Shown: piece by piece, positions 49,470 through 59,817 of the stretch
How the letters are laid out: each line of letters begins with the position of its first letter
Position numbering within the stretch: the stretch's first letter is position 1
Source of the DNA: Desulfobacterales bacterium
GTDB taxonomy: Bacteria; Desulfobacterota; Desulfobacteria; Desulfobacterales; UBA5852
Direction: 5' to 3'
DNA: 64,000 nucleotides
Assembly: GCA_963674755.2 (NCBI GenBank)
Contig: CAXXVS010000002.1
Location: 768,001 to 832,000 of the forward strand
Translations under genes and position numbers: made by a program
The notes under the pieces: model-generated
What the model saw: only the letters and a program-made list of their open reading frames with translations
The model's database searches: none
What the model was told of the DNA's origin: nothing

Positions 49470-50574
49470 GGTAGAGATTATCGGCAAAAACAAGCAGCAA
49501 CCCGCTTAAGTGCGGGGGCATGCTGTTAAATTCAATCCCAACCGCCTGGGAATCGCGGCCCTCATTGGAGATGGTTTGCGACCAAACAATCGTGCCCTTT
49601 ATGCTCAAAGCCATGACATCGTTCGGCGGCCCCATCAAAATGTTGACCGTTTTCCCGATCAGCAAGTGGGATGGTGGTGATTGGGAACTCTCTTCAAGGA
49701 CGAGACAGGCACCACCGATGGACAGGTCCCGGGTAACCCCATAGAGGTCGGCCATCGGCGTTATGCCATCATCCTCAAACACTTTTAGTGAAATCTGCAC
49801 CGGGATAGTGTGCCGACGCATTTTCCGCTCGACAAACGGGGCGGGCGCCAATTTGCGGCAGTTTTCAAACAATTCCCTGACAGCGGTTCCTACCGAAGGA
49901 AACGCCTTACTGATTTCCAACAGATTTTCGCGCCCTATCTTGGCCAATTCCACCCGGGTCGCTGTTTCCGTATAGGATTGCGAATAGCGCTCTTTATCGA
50001 GAGGGCACACATCACCAAAGACCTCTTCTGCGATGTTTTCAATGATAGGATTCTGATCCTCATCGCTACGAACGGAAGGGTAGATACGGCGATGGAGCCT
50101 ACCGGAAACCACCATGAAAAGGGTGTTTTCGGGGTCCCCGAATTTTTTAACCATTTTCCCCGCCGGCAGAACGATGCGTTCCAGGCGGGTCACCACCGCA
50201 ATAAATTCCCGGAATGAAAGCCCGGCAAAGAACATGTTTAACGGTGTTGAGCGTGGGTTGTTTTCGATGAGGCTATGATAGAACGTCTTGATGGACTTGA
50301 AGGAAGGTTTAACGATTTGCCATTGAAGCATTTTGGCGACAACCGCCTGGAGGACGTGCCCCGATTCCACGAATAGACCGGCGGCTTTTTTAAAATATTC
50401 AGCGGCGGCGGAGGACTTGCGTTTGACCAATAAATCGGCCAAAGCGCGGTGGAGATGCGGGTTGCCCGGAAAAATCTTCAGCATGCTCTGGAATTCACCG
50501 ATCGAATCAATGGTGATTGAGCCGTCGATAATTTGCTTCACGATGCTGCTTTGCATTTTAACGGGTTCGGTCAT
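49459..50574 (-). CDS. cNMP-binding-like + PilZ domain protein
   Basis: FGDPENTLFMVVSGRL...FGD cNMP-fold pattern; ERKMRR (RxxxR) and RDLSIGG (DxSxxG) PilZ motifs; GIEF. Confidence 0.8.
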   Translation of the reverse strand: MTEPVKMQSSIVKQIIDGSITIDSIGEFQSMLKIFPGNPHLHRALADLLVKRKSSAAAEYFKKAAGLFVESGHVLQAVVAKMLQWQIVKPSFKSIKTFYHSLIENNPRSTPLNMFFAGLSFREFIAVVTRLERIVLPAGKMVKKFGDPENTLFMVVSGRLHRRIYPSVRSDEDQNPIIENIAEEVFGDVCPLDKERYSQSYTETATRVELAKIGRENLLEISKAFPSVGTAVRELFENCRKLAPAPFVERKMRRHTIPVQISLKVFEDDGITPMADLYGVTRDLSIGGACLVLEESSQSPPSHLLIGKTVNILMGPPNDVMALSIKGTIVWSQTISNEGRDSQAVGIEFNSMPPHLSGLLLVFADNLYHAP

Positions 50575-50585
50575 GGCTCCCTGAT

Positions 50586-51164
50586 CTAACGACGTCGCTT
50601 TTTCTTCTTCCGATGTGGCTTGGCCTTCTCCAGTTTCTTGGCCAGATTGATTTTCTTCTCTTCAAGTTTGTGCTGAATCGAAGCGCGGTATTCGACAATC
50701 GTTTTAAGCGCAAAAAAATAAGCTGCGGCGGCCAGCGGCAGCCCTACAACGACGCCTCCCACCAGTAAAATACCGATGATTTCCGGTGCGCTGCGAAGGG
50801 TGTATAACAGGGCATCGAGGTTGAACTCCGTGGGCAGCTTATAACCGTTCTGGATAAATAATACCTTCTCGCCAATATAGTAGGTAATGCCGTATACGAC
50901 GGGCGCCGATAAAGGATTGGAAATCCAGACGGCCAAAGCGGCCGAAAACTTATTCCACTTCAACAGTGCCGCCAGCGGTACGGCGATTGCCGTATGCAAT
51001 CCCATAAAGGGCGTCATGCCCACAAAAATACCCAATGCGAAACCCAGCGCAATTTCCCGGGGATTCCCGCGGATTTTGAGAAACCGAAAATAAGCTTTTT
51101 TTATAGGTTCCGTCCAGCGGCTAAAGTTGCCGCGCGGTTTGTTCTGAGGCAGATCTTCCAACAT
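50586..51164 (-). CDS. DUF2062 family membrane protein
   Basis: PREIALGFALGIFVGMTPFMGLHT...WISNPL motif. Confidence 0.88.
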   Translation of the reverse strand: MLEDLPQNKPRGNFSRWTEPIKKAYFRFLKIRGNPREIALGFALGIFVGMTPFMGLHTAIAVPLAALLKWNKFSAALAVWISNPLSAPVVYGITYYIGEKVLFIQNGYKLPTEFNLDALLYTLRSAPEIIGILLVGGVVVGLPLAAAAYFFALKTIVEYRASIQHKLEEKKINLAKKLEKAKPHRKKKKRRR

Positions 51165-51435
51165 AGATCGATATCTGGACCTGATAATTGCGGTTACAAT
51201 GCTCCATGGGCAGATGGAAAATCTAAAAACGCCTTGTTAGAACCGCGGAGCTGTCGACGTACGAAGTTACAAAGCCGCCGATGGGTTTAACAACCCTTTT
51301 ATCAAACGCCGAATCGGCTTTTTATTGAACCATTTCACCCCCGATTTGTAAAGCAATTACCACAAAATCATTGGAGGCAAAAGCACCATGGAAGCACGCG
51401 AAGATGGCGAAAATAACGACGCCATCCGGAATCGA

Positions 51436-52389
51436 TCAGGCGGATGTCGAACGTAACGGTTTCGGGCGAGGGGAGCATCCAATGGTCGTCAGCTTGACGA
51501 GTGCCCAGAGGGTGAACAACGGGATGAGGATGGTCTGGAGGATAAATACGACCATCAGGCGAACGGTATCTTTCGTGAAGTGCTCCAACTTAGCACTCAG
51601 ATGGTCGATTTTTTGGCGAAGATCGAACCACTTCTGGGTTTCGGTCAGCCAGCGGCGCACTCCGGCTAATTTGCCGGTTGTTGACGGTGCCGTCTCATTG
51701 GTGGCGGTGGGATCCACCTGTTTGAGCTCGTCATTGATGTGCGTGAGGGTCTGGGTCGCTTCCTCATATTGAATGTTCAGAAAGCGGTCATAAATCGTTT
51801 CACTGGCCAGGGCCACGGCTGGGATCAGCAGCCGTACCACGATCGCCAGTAACACCAGACGCGCGCCCAACGCGTGTAGATCGACGGCGCCCCAAAACCG
51901 TTTCCAGACGGATACGGCCAACAGGAGCATACCGGCGGACAGAACCACCTGCAACCCCAGCCAATCGCTCATTTCCATCAGAATGCGTTGAATCCCCAGA
52001 GAGGTCGTGCTGACGAGCATGACCCACGAAAAGCGTTCGGCAAGATCGTTGATCGGGTCCAATATTTCCCCGACTGACAATGTCAGTCCGATACCGGCGG
52101 GCGAAACCGCAACTTCCGTACCCTGGATCACAGAAATCATGCCGTTGAGTCCCCTGACCATGGCAAAGGTATAAGCTGCCCTGGCCATGGTTTTTTCAAC
52201 ATAGGATTCTGCACGCCGGTCCAGTCGGACGAGCGGTGTTTTTGTCAAAAGGACACCCAATGTCGAGCTGCCGGCCAAAATCGCCACAACAAGCCAGATC
52301 AGAGTGGCGGCGCCTTTACGCTGTAAGGGGGATAATTTTCGCAATGCTGGAAGGCCTTTCGATAAATGAGGCCGCGTCTTGGCAGCCAT
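51436..52389 (-). CDS. Hypothetical multi-pass membrane protein; start uncertain
   Basis: Several TM segments; RGLNGMISVIQGTE...GEILDPINDLAERFSWVML block. Confidence 0.7.
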   Translation of the reverse strand: MAAKTRPHLSKGLPALRKLSPLQRKGAATLIWLVVAILAGSSTLGVLLTKTPLVRLDRRAESYVEKTMARAAYTFAMVRGLNGMISVIQGTEVAVSPAGIGLTLSVGEILDPINDLAERFSWVMLVSTTSLGIQRILMEMSDWLGLQVVLSAGMLLLAVSVWKRFWGAVDLHALGARLVLLAIVVRLLIPAVALASETIYDRFLNIQYEEATQTLTHINDELKQVDPTATNETAPSTTGKLAGVRRWLTETQKWFDLRQKIDHLSAKLEHFTKDTVRLMVVFILQTILIPLFTLWALVKLTTIGCSPRPKPLRSTSA

Positions 52390-52690
52390 TGTGAGCAGGC
52401 ACGCATTGCTATCTGCGTCCTGCAATGGGGCATTATAAGGAAATCCACTGTCTGTCGTCAATCGTGGCGCCTTTAACGGCATTATGCACTGATACGATGA
52501 CATCCTTCCGCCAATCCAGCCTGCCGGCGGCCGACGCGAAGACCCGGAATATTCCAGGATAAAAGATGGATAGGGGGTTGGAATTGTGCTATGAACCCGT
52601 CGACGTAAAAGGCGCTGCCGCGTTCATCTCGGCGTTAAGGCGGGTTTTGCTCCCCACTTCGTTGCCGCAAGCGATTCAACGCAGAACGAT

Positions 52691-52885
52691 TTGGACTGTC
52701 AGACCCATCTGCTGATTCGAGGGATTGACGCCGGTGAGGATGTGGTCCGTTTTGCCGCCGATCACAATGTCGAAGAAATTGTCATTGGGGTGCGCCGACG
52801 GTCCAAAGTGGGGAAGCTGATTTTCGGATCCACCGCCCAATATGTCATTCTGAATGCGCCGTGCCCGGTGGTGACCGTTCGCTAA
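52691..52885 (+). pseudogene. Universal stress protein remnant (C-terminal half only)
   Basis: G..AGEDVVRFAADHNVEEIVIGVRRRSKVGKLIFGSTAQYVILNAPCPVVTVR; upstream in-frame stop at 52592 with no ATG/GTG and no USP N-terminal half. Confidence 0.7.
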
Positions 52886-53019
52886 ATACCGATACGTCAA
52901 TGAGTTATAGCAAAAGGCTTCCCCTCGGCGGGGACCACTGAAAGCCAGGATACCGGACAACATGCCGTGGCTCGGTTTTCGGGTTGCTGACATTCTCCTG
53001 GGTTGAAAGGAGCTTTGCC

Positions 53020-53985
53020 ATGAAAAAAAGGATTGCTTGCGCTGTACTGCTGATGTTGACATGGACAGCGGCCGCGCTCGGCGCTGAGAGCTACCGTATT
53101 TCGGTAAGTCAGTTTGTGGAGCATCCGGCCCTGGATGCCGTTTTGAAAGGGTTTCAGGATTATCTGGCCGAAGAGGACCTCGCTGCAACTTACATGGTTC
53201 ATAATGCCCAGGCCAATATGGCGACCGCCGGGCAGATCGGCACCCAGATCATGGGCGAGCAGCCCGATCTCATTCTGGCCATTGCCACGCCCACGGCCCA
53301 GGCAGTGGCCCAGGCCTTCAAAAAAGCGCCCCACATGAAGACCACCCCCTTTCTGTTCACAGCCATCACCGATCCCGTCGAGGCGGGGCTGGTCAGCGAT
53401 TGGCAGCACCCCGGAGGCCATACGACTGGTGTTTCGGACCGCTTGCCCCTTGACGCGCACATGGGGATGGTGCTGCGCTTCTATCCGAACCTAAAGAAGC
53501 TCGGTGTCCTCTATAATGCGGGGGAGGCCAATTCCAAAACCACGGTGCAGGGAATGCGCGCCATCGGGCAAGCGCAGGGCTTTGAAGTCATCGACGCGAC
53601 GGTCTCCAAATCGAGCGATGTCTACCAGGCCACCAAGAGCCTCGTGGGGCGCGTCGATGCGGTCTTCGTTCCTACGGACAACACGGTGGTATCCGCTCTG
53701 GAATCCGCTGTTAAAGTCTGCACGGAGGCCAAGCTGGCCCTGTTCTGTGCGGATGTGGACAGTGTCAAACGGGGCGCCGTAGCGGCCATGGGGTTCGACT
53801 ATTACCAACATGGCCGTCAGACCGGTGCCATGGCCAAACGTATTTTTGAGGGGGCCCGGCCCGGCGATATGCCGGTGGAAACCCAAAAAGAACTGGAACT
53901 GCATCTCAACCTGGTGTCGGCGCGACAAATGGGCGTCACCGTCCCACCGGCTTTGGTCGAAGAAGCCGACAAGATCTATGAATAG
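53020..53985 (+). CDS. ABC transporter substrate-binding protein (ABC_sub_bind / aromatic amino acid type)
   Basis: Signal peptide; QFVEHPALD, AIATPTAQA, AITDPV.AGLV, TGVSD, PTDNTV; AAGGAG RBS. Confidence 0.9.
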   Translation: MKKRIACAVLLMLTWTAAALGAESYRISVSQFVEHPALDAVLKGFQDYLAEEDLAATYMVHNAQANMATAGQIGTQIMGEQPDLILAIATPTAQAVAQAFKKAPHMKTTPFLFTAITDPVEAGLVSDWQHPGGHTTGVSDRLPLDAHMGMVLRFYPNLKKLGVLYNAGEANSKTTVQGMRAIGQAQGFEVIDATVSKSSDVYQATKSLVGRVDAVFVPTDNTVVSALESAVKVCTEAKLALFCADVDSVKRGAVAAMGFDYYQHGRQTGAMAKRIFEGARPGDMPVETQKELELHLNLVSARQMGVTVPPALVEEADKIYE

Positions 53986-54000
53986 GGCGGCGCGGTTTTC

Positions 54001-54891
54001 ATGATTTCCTGGTATGCGGCGGTGGGTGCCGTGGAGCAGGGGCTGCTCTACGGCATCATGGTGGTGGGGGTCTTCTTGACCTTTCGGGTGCTGGATTTTC
54101 CGGACCTTACCGTGGACGGCAGCCTGCCGTTGGGCGCGGCGGTTTCGGCCGTGGCCATTACCCACGGTATCCATCCCCTGGCGGCGCTCGTTCTGGCGAT
54201 GGCGGCCGGTTTCATGGCCGGAATGGTTACGGCCCTGTTGAATACGAAGCTTAACATCCTGCATTTGCTGGCTTCGATTCTCACCATGATCGCGCTGTAT
54301 TCGATCAATATTCGCATCATGGACGGCCCCAATATCTCTCTTCTCGGCGCCCGTACGCTGCTGGACCTGCTGCCCGAAACGGGATTGGTTGGCTATGGCG
54401 CCGCGGTTGTGCTTTATGGCGTTCTGGCCACCGGTGTTACCGCATTCGTTATCTGGTTTCTGCACACCGAACTGGGATTGGCGGTTCTGGCCACCGGGGA
54501 CAACCCGCGCATGATTACCGCCCAGGGGGTCAACACCCATTCCATCATTCTGCTGGGGGTCGGGCTGTCCAATGCGCTGGTCGCCTTGAGCGGCGCCCTG
54601 GTGGCCCAGAATCAGGGGGCTGCCGACGTCAATATGGGCGTCGGCACCATCATCGCCGGCCTGGCCTCGGTGATTGTGGGGGAAACGGTTTTCGGCCGGG
54701 GCGGTATTGCTCGCGGCTGCATTGCCGCTCTGTTGGGCTCCATCCTCTATCGGGTGGCCATCGCCCTGGCCCTGGGCCTCAAATGGGGCGCCTTCGCCTT
54801 TACGCCCAGTGACCTGAATTTGATCACGGCCCTCATCGTGGTGGTGGCGCTGATGACCCCTTTCATCAAAAAGCGGTGGGCCCGGTTATGA
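54001..54891 (+). CDS. ABC transporter permease
   Basis: TFRVLDFPDLTVDGS, ATGDN, GAADVNMGVG. Confidence 0.9.
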   Translation: MISWYAAVGAVEQGLLYGIMVVGVFLTFRVLDFPDLTVDGSLPLGAAVSAVAITHGIHPLAALVLAMAAGFMAGMVTALLNTKLNILHLLASILTMIALYSINIRIMDGPNISLLGARTLLDLLPETGLVGYGAAVVLYGVLATGVTAFVIWFLHTELGLAVLATGDNPRMITAQGVNTHSIILLGVGLSNALVALSGALVAQNQGAADVNMGVGTIIAGLASVIVGETVFGRGGIARGCIAALLGSILYRVAIALALGLKWGAFAFTPSDLNLITALIVVVALMTPFIKKRWARL

Positions 54892-55682
54892 TTCGGATTG
54901 AGGCCTATACCCAGTATTTCCACCGGGGGAGCGTCAACGAGGTCCGCGCCCTCCAGCACATCGATCTCGATCTTGCCAAGGGGGACTTCGTAACCCTGAT
55001 CGGATCCAACGGCGCCGGCAAGTCGACGCTGCTCAACGGGCTGGCGGGGGTGCACCGCCCGGATGCCGGGCGTTTCTATATCGGCGATCGCGATGTGACC
55101 CAATGGCCGGAGCACCGGCGGGCCGCCTGCATCGGGCGGGTGTTCCAAGACCCCTTGGTGGGCACCTGCGCCACGCTTAGCATTGAGCAGAATCTGGCCC
55201 TGGCTGTCAAACGGGGGCAGCGCAGGGGGCTGGGGAAGGGCGTCAGAAGACGGCAGCGGAATTTTTTTGCCGACCAGCTTCGCATTCTCGATCTGGGGCT
55301 TGAAAAGCGGCTCAAGGCATCCGTCGGTTTGTTATCCGGCGGCCAGCGTCAGGCTTTGACCATGGTAATGGCGACCCTGATGGAACCGGAGGTGCTTCTG
55401 CTGGATGAGCACACGGCCGCCCTGGACCCTAAAACAGCCCGGCAGATCATCGACCTGACCGAACGGCTTGTCGCCGCCCGGCAATTGACCACCCTGATGG
55501 TCACCCATAACATGGCCCAGGCGCTGGCCCTTGGCAATCGTCTGATCATGCTGCATCAGGGACGCATCATTCTCGATGTCAGGGGCGAGGAAAAGGCGGG
55601 TTTGACGCTGGAGGATCTCCTGGAACGCTTTTATACCGCCCAGGGAGAGGCCTTTAGCATGGATCGTGCGCTCCTGTGTTGA
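54888..55682 (+). CDS. ABC transporter ATP-binding protein
   Basis: GSNGAGKST, LSGGQRQ, LLDEHTAALDP, VTH. Confidence 0.93.
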   Translation: MIRIEAYTQYFHRGSVNEVRALQHIDLDLAKGDFVTLIGSNGAGKSTLLNGLAGVHRPDAGRFYIGDRDVTQWPEHRRAACIGRVFQDPLVGTCATLSIEQNLALAVKRGQRRGLGKGVRRRQRNFFADQLRILDLGLEKRLKASVGLLSGGQRQALTMVMATLMEPEVLLLDEHTAALDPKTARQIIDLTERLVAARQLTTLMVTHNMAQALALGNRLIMLHQGRIILDVRGEEKAGLTLEDLLERFYTAQGEAFSMDRALLC

Positions 55683-55750
55683 AGCAAATCGGCTGCGCGC
55701 CATTACAGGGGGATGACATTTCCCTTGAACCTGCTGGCCTGGTGTGCGGG

Positions 55751-57124
55751 CTAATTTTTCAGGCTGTGAATCGGGGCCGGAATTCGGCCGCCGTGCAGGA
55801 CAAAGGGATTGCCTCCGCGGGCGTTGTTCACCGGCATGATGACCGACTGGCCCAGCAGGCCGCCGAAATGGGCGTTTTCACCGGCCTGCTTGCCCGGTAC
55901 CGGAATGAGCCGGGTGGCGGTGGTTTTGCAGTTGATGACGCCGATGGCCATTTCGTCGGCAATCATGGCGGCGATGGTTTCGGTGCTGGTATCTCCGGGG
56001 ATGGCCACCATATCGAGCCCCACCGAGCAGACGCTTGTCATGGCCTCCAGTTTTTCGACGGTCAGGTGCCCCTGCCGGGCGGCTTCGGCAATGTTGAGAT
56101 CCTCACTGACCGGTATGAAGGCGCCGCTCAGCCCCCCGACATGTGAGCTGGCAAACGCCCCTCCTTTCTTGACGGCATCGTTGAGCATGGCCAGGGCGGC
56201 CGTGCTGCCGGGCACACCGATGTTCAACAATCCAAGGCTCTGGAAAATTTCTCCGACGCTGTCGCCCACATTGGGGGTCGGTGCCAGGCTGAGATCCACT
56301 GCCCCGAATTCAATGCCCATATTATCGGCCACTTCCCGGCCGATGAGCTCCCCCACCCGGGTGACCTTATAGGCCGTCTGCTTGATCAATTCGGAAATCT
56401 GGCCCAGATCCCAGCCGGGGTGCTGGGTAAGGGCCCGGTCGATGGCCTTGCGCACTACGCCAGGTCCGCTGACGCCGACATTGATGACCGCATCCGGTTC
56501 ACCGATGCCTAGATAGGCCCCGGCCATGAAGGGCACATCCTGGGGGATGTTGGCAAAGACACATAGTTTGGCCGCCGCCAGACCGTCCTGGGCGGAGGTC
56601 TTTTCCGCTGCGGCTTTGACCACTTCACCCATCATCAAAACCGCGTCCATGTTGATGCCGGCCCGGGTGCTGGCCACGTTTACCGAGGCGCACACCCGCT
56701 CGGTGGAGGCCAGGGCCTCGGGGATGGCCTCGATCAGGGCGCGATCCCCGCGTGCCAGACCTTTTTCGACCAGCGCCGAGAAGCCGCCGATGAAATCCAC
56801 GTTGACTTCGGCGGCCACCTCGTTAAGGGTCTGCGCCACCGTGACCATTTGGCGGGCATCGAAGGGGGCCGCCACGATGGCAATCGGGCTCACGGAAATG
56901 CGCTTGTTGACCACGGGGATACCGTATTTGTCGCCCACCCGGTTGCAGGTGGACACCAAGTGACGTGACAGGGTGGTAATCTTGCTGCGAATATTGCGGC
57001 ACAACCTGACGGGATCGTCACTGGTGCAATCCATCAGATTGATGCCCAGAGTGACGGTGCGCAGGTCCAGGTGTTCGCTTTGCAGCATTTCCAGGGTGGT
57101 GACGATTTCGCGGCTTGTCAGCAT
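55751..57124 (-). CDS. DUF711/UPF0210 (PFL-like) family protein
   Basis: LDLRTVTLGI, PVVNKRISVSP, PFMAGA, GVSGPGVV, GGLSGAFIPVSED, KLEAMTSVCSVGLDM. Confidence 0.9.
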   Translation of the reverse strand: MLTSREIVTTLEMLQSEHLDLRTVTLGINLMDCTSDDPVRLCRNIRSKITTLSRHLVSTCNRVGDKYGIPVVNKRISVSPIAIVAAPFDARQMVTVAQTLNEVAAEVNVDFIGGFSALVEKGLARGDRALIEAIPEALASTERVCASVNVASTRAGINMDAVLMMGEVVKAAAEKTSAQDGLAAAKLCVFANIPQDVPFMAGAYLGIGEPDAVINVGVSGPGVVRKAIDRALTQHPGWDLGQISELIKQTAYKVTRVGELIGREVADNMGIEFGAVDLSLAPTPNVGDSVGEIFQSLGLLNIGVPGSTAALAMLNDAVKKGGAFASSHVGGLSGAFIPVSEDLNIAEAARQGHLTVEKLEAMTSVCSVGLDMVAIPGDTSTETIAAMIADEMAIGVINCKTTATRLIPVPGKQAGENAHFGGLLGQSVIMPVNNARGGNPFVLHGGRIPAPIHSLKN

Positions 57125-57186
57125 GCTATGCCTCGATGACGTGATTGAAAAAATGCCGAATTTTTAGATGATTTTCCCAAGCGGCC

Positions 57187-57741
57187 TCAGATGCGGTTCA
57201 AGGTCATGAAAATTTCCCGGTGCTGAATGCTGACACTGAGGTTCAACTCGGCTCCCCCGGCTCTGAGGTCCTGAAACAATGCCTGCTGTTGGGTCTGGGG
57301 CGGGATGTCCACTTCATAGATCATGATATTGTCATGGGGGTCATCGCCCCCCTTGAACACGGCCTGGCAGTTGGTGATGTTGACCTGGTGGCGGGCGATG
57401 ATTTCGGTAATGCGGGCCACCAGGCCCTTCTGATCGGGGCCGCGGGTGGTGATGACAAAGGATTCGACGCCTTGGGCATTGGATTCCTCATGGCGGGGCT
57501 CCACCGGTTTGACATGCACCTGGAGCTCCATGGGCGCCAACGTTGCAGCGAGTTTTTCCTCCAGTTCGGGCAGCGGCATTCGTTTGGGAATGGTAGCGAT
57601 GAAAATACCGGCGAACTCGGATTGCAGACTGGTCTGGCTGACATTTTCAATGTTGCTGTCATTCTCGTAGAGCAGCCGCGAAACGGCCGCGATGATGCCG
57701 GGGCGGTCATTACCCAGGACGGAGATAATAATTTTTTTCAT
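57187..57741 (-). CDS. Tandem ACT-domain protein (GcvR-like)
   Basis: G.DRPGII...NI and GPDQKGLVA...NI ACT repeats; QHREIF end typical of the DUF711 partner. Confidence 0.85.
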   Translation of the reverse strand: MKKIIISVLGNDRPGIIAAVSRLLYENDSNIENVSQTSLQSEFAGIFIATIPKRMPLPELEEKLAATLAPMELQVHVKPVEPRHEESNAQGVESFVITTRGPDQKGLVARITEIIARHQVNITNCQAVFKGGDDPHDNIMIYEVDIPPQTQQQALFQDLRAGGAELNLSVSIQHREIFMTLNRI

Positions 57742-57768
57742 GGCGTCCTTGTCTCGAAGCGCAATGGG

Positions 57769-58788
57769 TCAGGCCGCCGGCGACCGCAAAATATCCGGGC
57801 GAACGGCCGTTACATCCGGGCAGCCGGTCAAGACCATGGCCGATTGCAGCTCGTTTTTGATCTGGTCGATATAGGTGGTCACGCCTTCCACGAGGCCGCC
57901 CATGGTGGCAATGGAAAAGGGGCGGCCGATCAAGACGGCGTTCGCTCCCAAGGCGAGCATCTTGAGGATGTCGACCCCGGAGCGGATACCACCGTCGGTC
58001 AGGATGGCGATTTGCCCCCGCACGGCGGCGGCAATTTCCGGCAGCACCTCGGCCGCTCCCGGGGCATGATCCAGGACGCGGCCGCCATGGTTGGAGACCA
58101 CAATGGCCCGGGCGCCTACATCGACAGCCAGACGCGCCTGATCCGCGGTCATGATGCCTTTGAGGATAAAGGGCACCGGCACCCGTTCGATGATGACCTT
58201 CATCTGGGCCGGGGATTTCGGGCTCACAGGACGTCCCATTTGCCGCAGGGTCACCAGTCCGGCAGCATCGATATCCATACCCACAGCCGGAGCACCAGTG
58301 GCCACGGCCGCCTCTAACTTGGCGAACAATTCCTCGTCTTCCCAGGGTTTGATGAAGGGGATGCCGTGTCCCTCAAGGGCGCGTATGGCGGCAAAGGCCG
58401 CTTCATGGATAAAGGCGGGGACACCGTCCCCGGTGGCGCCAATGATGCCGCGTGCCCGGCAGCCCTCCAGTTTGGACCGGATATAGTCGTCTTCCGATAG
58501 GGCCCCGCCCATGTTGAAGGAGACCCCGCCGATGGGGGCCGCCAGAACTGGCAGGTCCAATGTCAGGCCGAGGAGGGAAACAGCGGTTTTGGGGGTTGTG
58601 ACTTCATGGAGGAGGCGCATCTCCAGCCGATAGGCCGCCAAGGCCTCGAGGTTGGCGCGAAATGAGGCGCCGCTGCCGAGCCCGCCCATTCCCGGGACTT
58701 CTCCGGCGCAGGCCACGCCATTGCAAACCGGGCATACCCGGCAATGACCTTTCATGGACTTTCGGGCAGCAGCGCGGATGGTCTTCAT
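57769..58788 (-). CDS. FMN-dependent alpha-hydroxy acid dehydrogenase
   Basis: PFILKGI, VVSNHGGRVLD, DGGIRSG.D..K.LALGA, IGRP; N-terminal CRVCPVCNGVAC. Confidence 0.9.
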   Translation of the reverse strand: MKTIRAAARKSMKGHCRVCPVCNGVACAGEVPGMGGLGSGASFRANLEALAAYRLEMRLLHEVTTPKTAVSLLGLTLDLPVLAAPIGGVSFNMGGALSEDDYIRSKLEGCRARGIIGATGDGVPAFIHEAAFAAIRALEGHGIPFIKPWEDEELFAKLEAAVATGAPAVGMDIDAAGLVTLRQMGRPVSPKSPAQMKVIIERVPVPFILKGIMTADQARLAVDVGARAIVVSNHGGRVLDHAPGAAEVLPEIAAAVRGQIAILTDGGIRSGVDILKMLALGANAVLIGRPFSIATMGGLVEGVTTYIDQIKNELQSAMVLTGCPDVTAVRPDILRSPAA

Positions 58789-58929
58789 CGTAATCGTTCT
58801 CCATTTTAATCGAGGTGTACAGTCCCGCGGCCTTGTGGTATGGAATCCACTTCGGCCCGCCAGCCATTGCCCGGTGTGGGGCGCCGGCCGGAAGAAAACA
58901 GCGCACCATACAACCAGAAGGGCCGTCAA

Positions 58930-59817
58930 ATGTCAAAAAAAAATCTCATGACGATTATCAGGGAGCATCGCTCCCTGTTCATCGTGATCGCCGTGGGGTT
59001 GTTTCTGATCGAATTGGAGATCTTCGTCCTGGCGGCCATGAAGTCGGGCCGCAAGTCCGTCATTCAGGTGAAGAACGCCGCCGGTGATGTTATCTACGAA
59101 TCCGACGGGAATAATCTCAGCCAATTCGACCGCTACTACTTCGAACAGAACTTCGGCCCCCTGGAAAACTATCAGCTCGGACTGGTGACGCGCGAGGTGC
59201 CCTTTCCCTTTCGGGCCTGGTTCGTGGCCGCTTTCGGGCTGCCGGTGGGCGGGGTTCTGCTGTTTGCCTTTGTGGTACGGGCCTATTTGGCGATCTTCTA
59301 TCCCGATCAACTGAACGCGGCTTCCCGCACGGCCGATTCGGACGGCGGATCAGGGCTGGAACGGTTTCTGCTGCGGGTCAGCCGCTACAATGTCTTCATT
59401 ATCGGGTTTCTGGTGCTGATGGGCATCCTGGCCTATTGGGTGGTACCCAACGTGATCGTCTACGTCGGCCGGGTGAGCGTGGAGACCATTGTCCGCTACA
59501 AGTGGTTTTTTATCGCTGCCGCTGCCATCTGCCTGGGGCTTCTGATCTGGGTGATCTATCTGCGCTATCTTCTGGCCCGCAAAAGCATCGAAAGCCGGAC
59601 GGAAGTGGAAAAACACCGTCTTGAATTGGCGTATAAATATGACGGCAAAGCCCCCCCAGGCCTGACGCACGAAAACCACGCCGGACTTGTGACCTGGGAA
59701 GGCGAGATTATGGCGGAGCGGCCGGACGAGGAGGAGGGCGATGGCCCGGAAGAAACAATTCCTGAAGCATTAGACAACCGCACGATGCGACCCGATGCAG
59801 ATCGTCACCACCCATAA
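58930..59817 (+). CDS. Hypothetical membrane protein
   Basis: About 4 TM helices and an acidic C-terminus; overlaps the next gene. Confidence 0.7.
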   Translation: MSKKNLMTIIREHRSLFIVIAVGLFLIELEIFVLAAMKSGRKSVIQVKNAAGDVIYESDGNNLSQFDRYYFEQNFGPLENYQLGLVTREVPFPFRAWFVAAFGLPVGGVLLFAFVVRAYLAIFYPDQLNAASRTADSDGGSGLERFLLRVSRYNVFIIGFLVLMGILAYWVVPNVIVYVGRVSVETIVRYKWFFIAAAAICLGLLIWVIYLRYLLARKSIESRTEVEKHRLELAYKYDGKAPPGLTHENHAGLVTWEGEIMAERPDEEEGDGPEETIPEALDNRTMRPDADRHHP

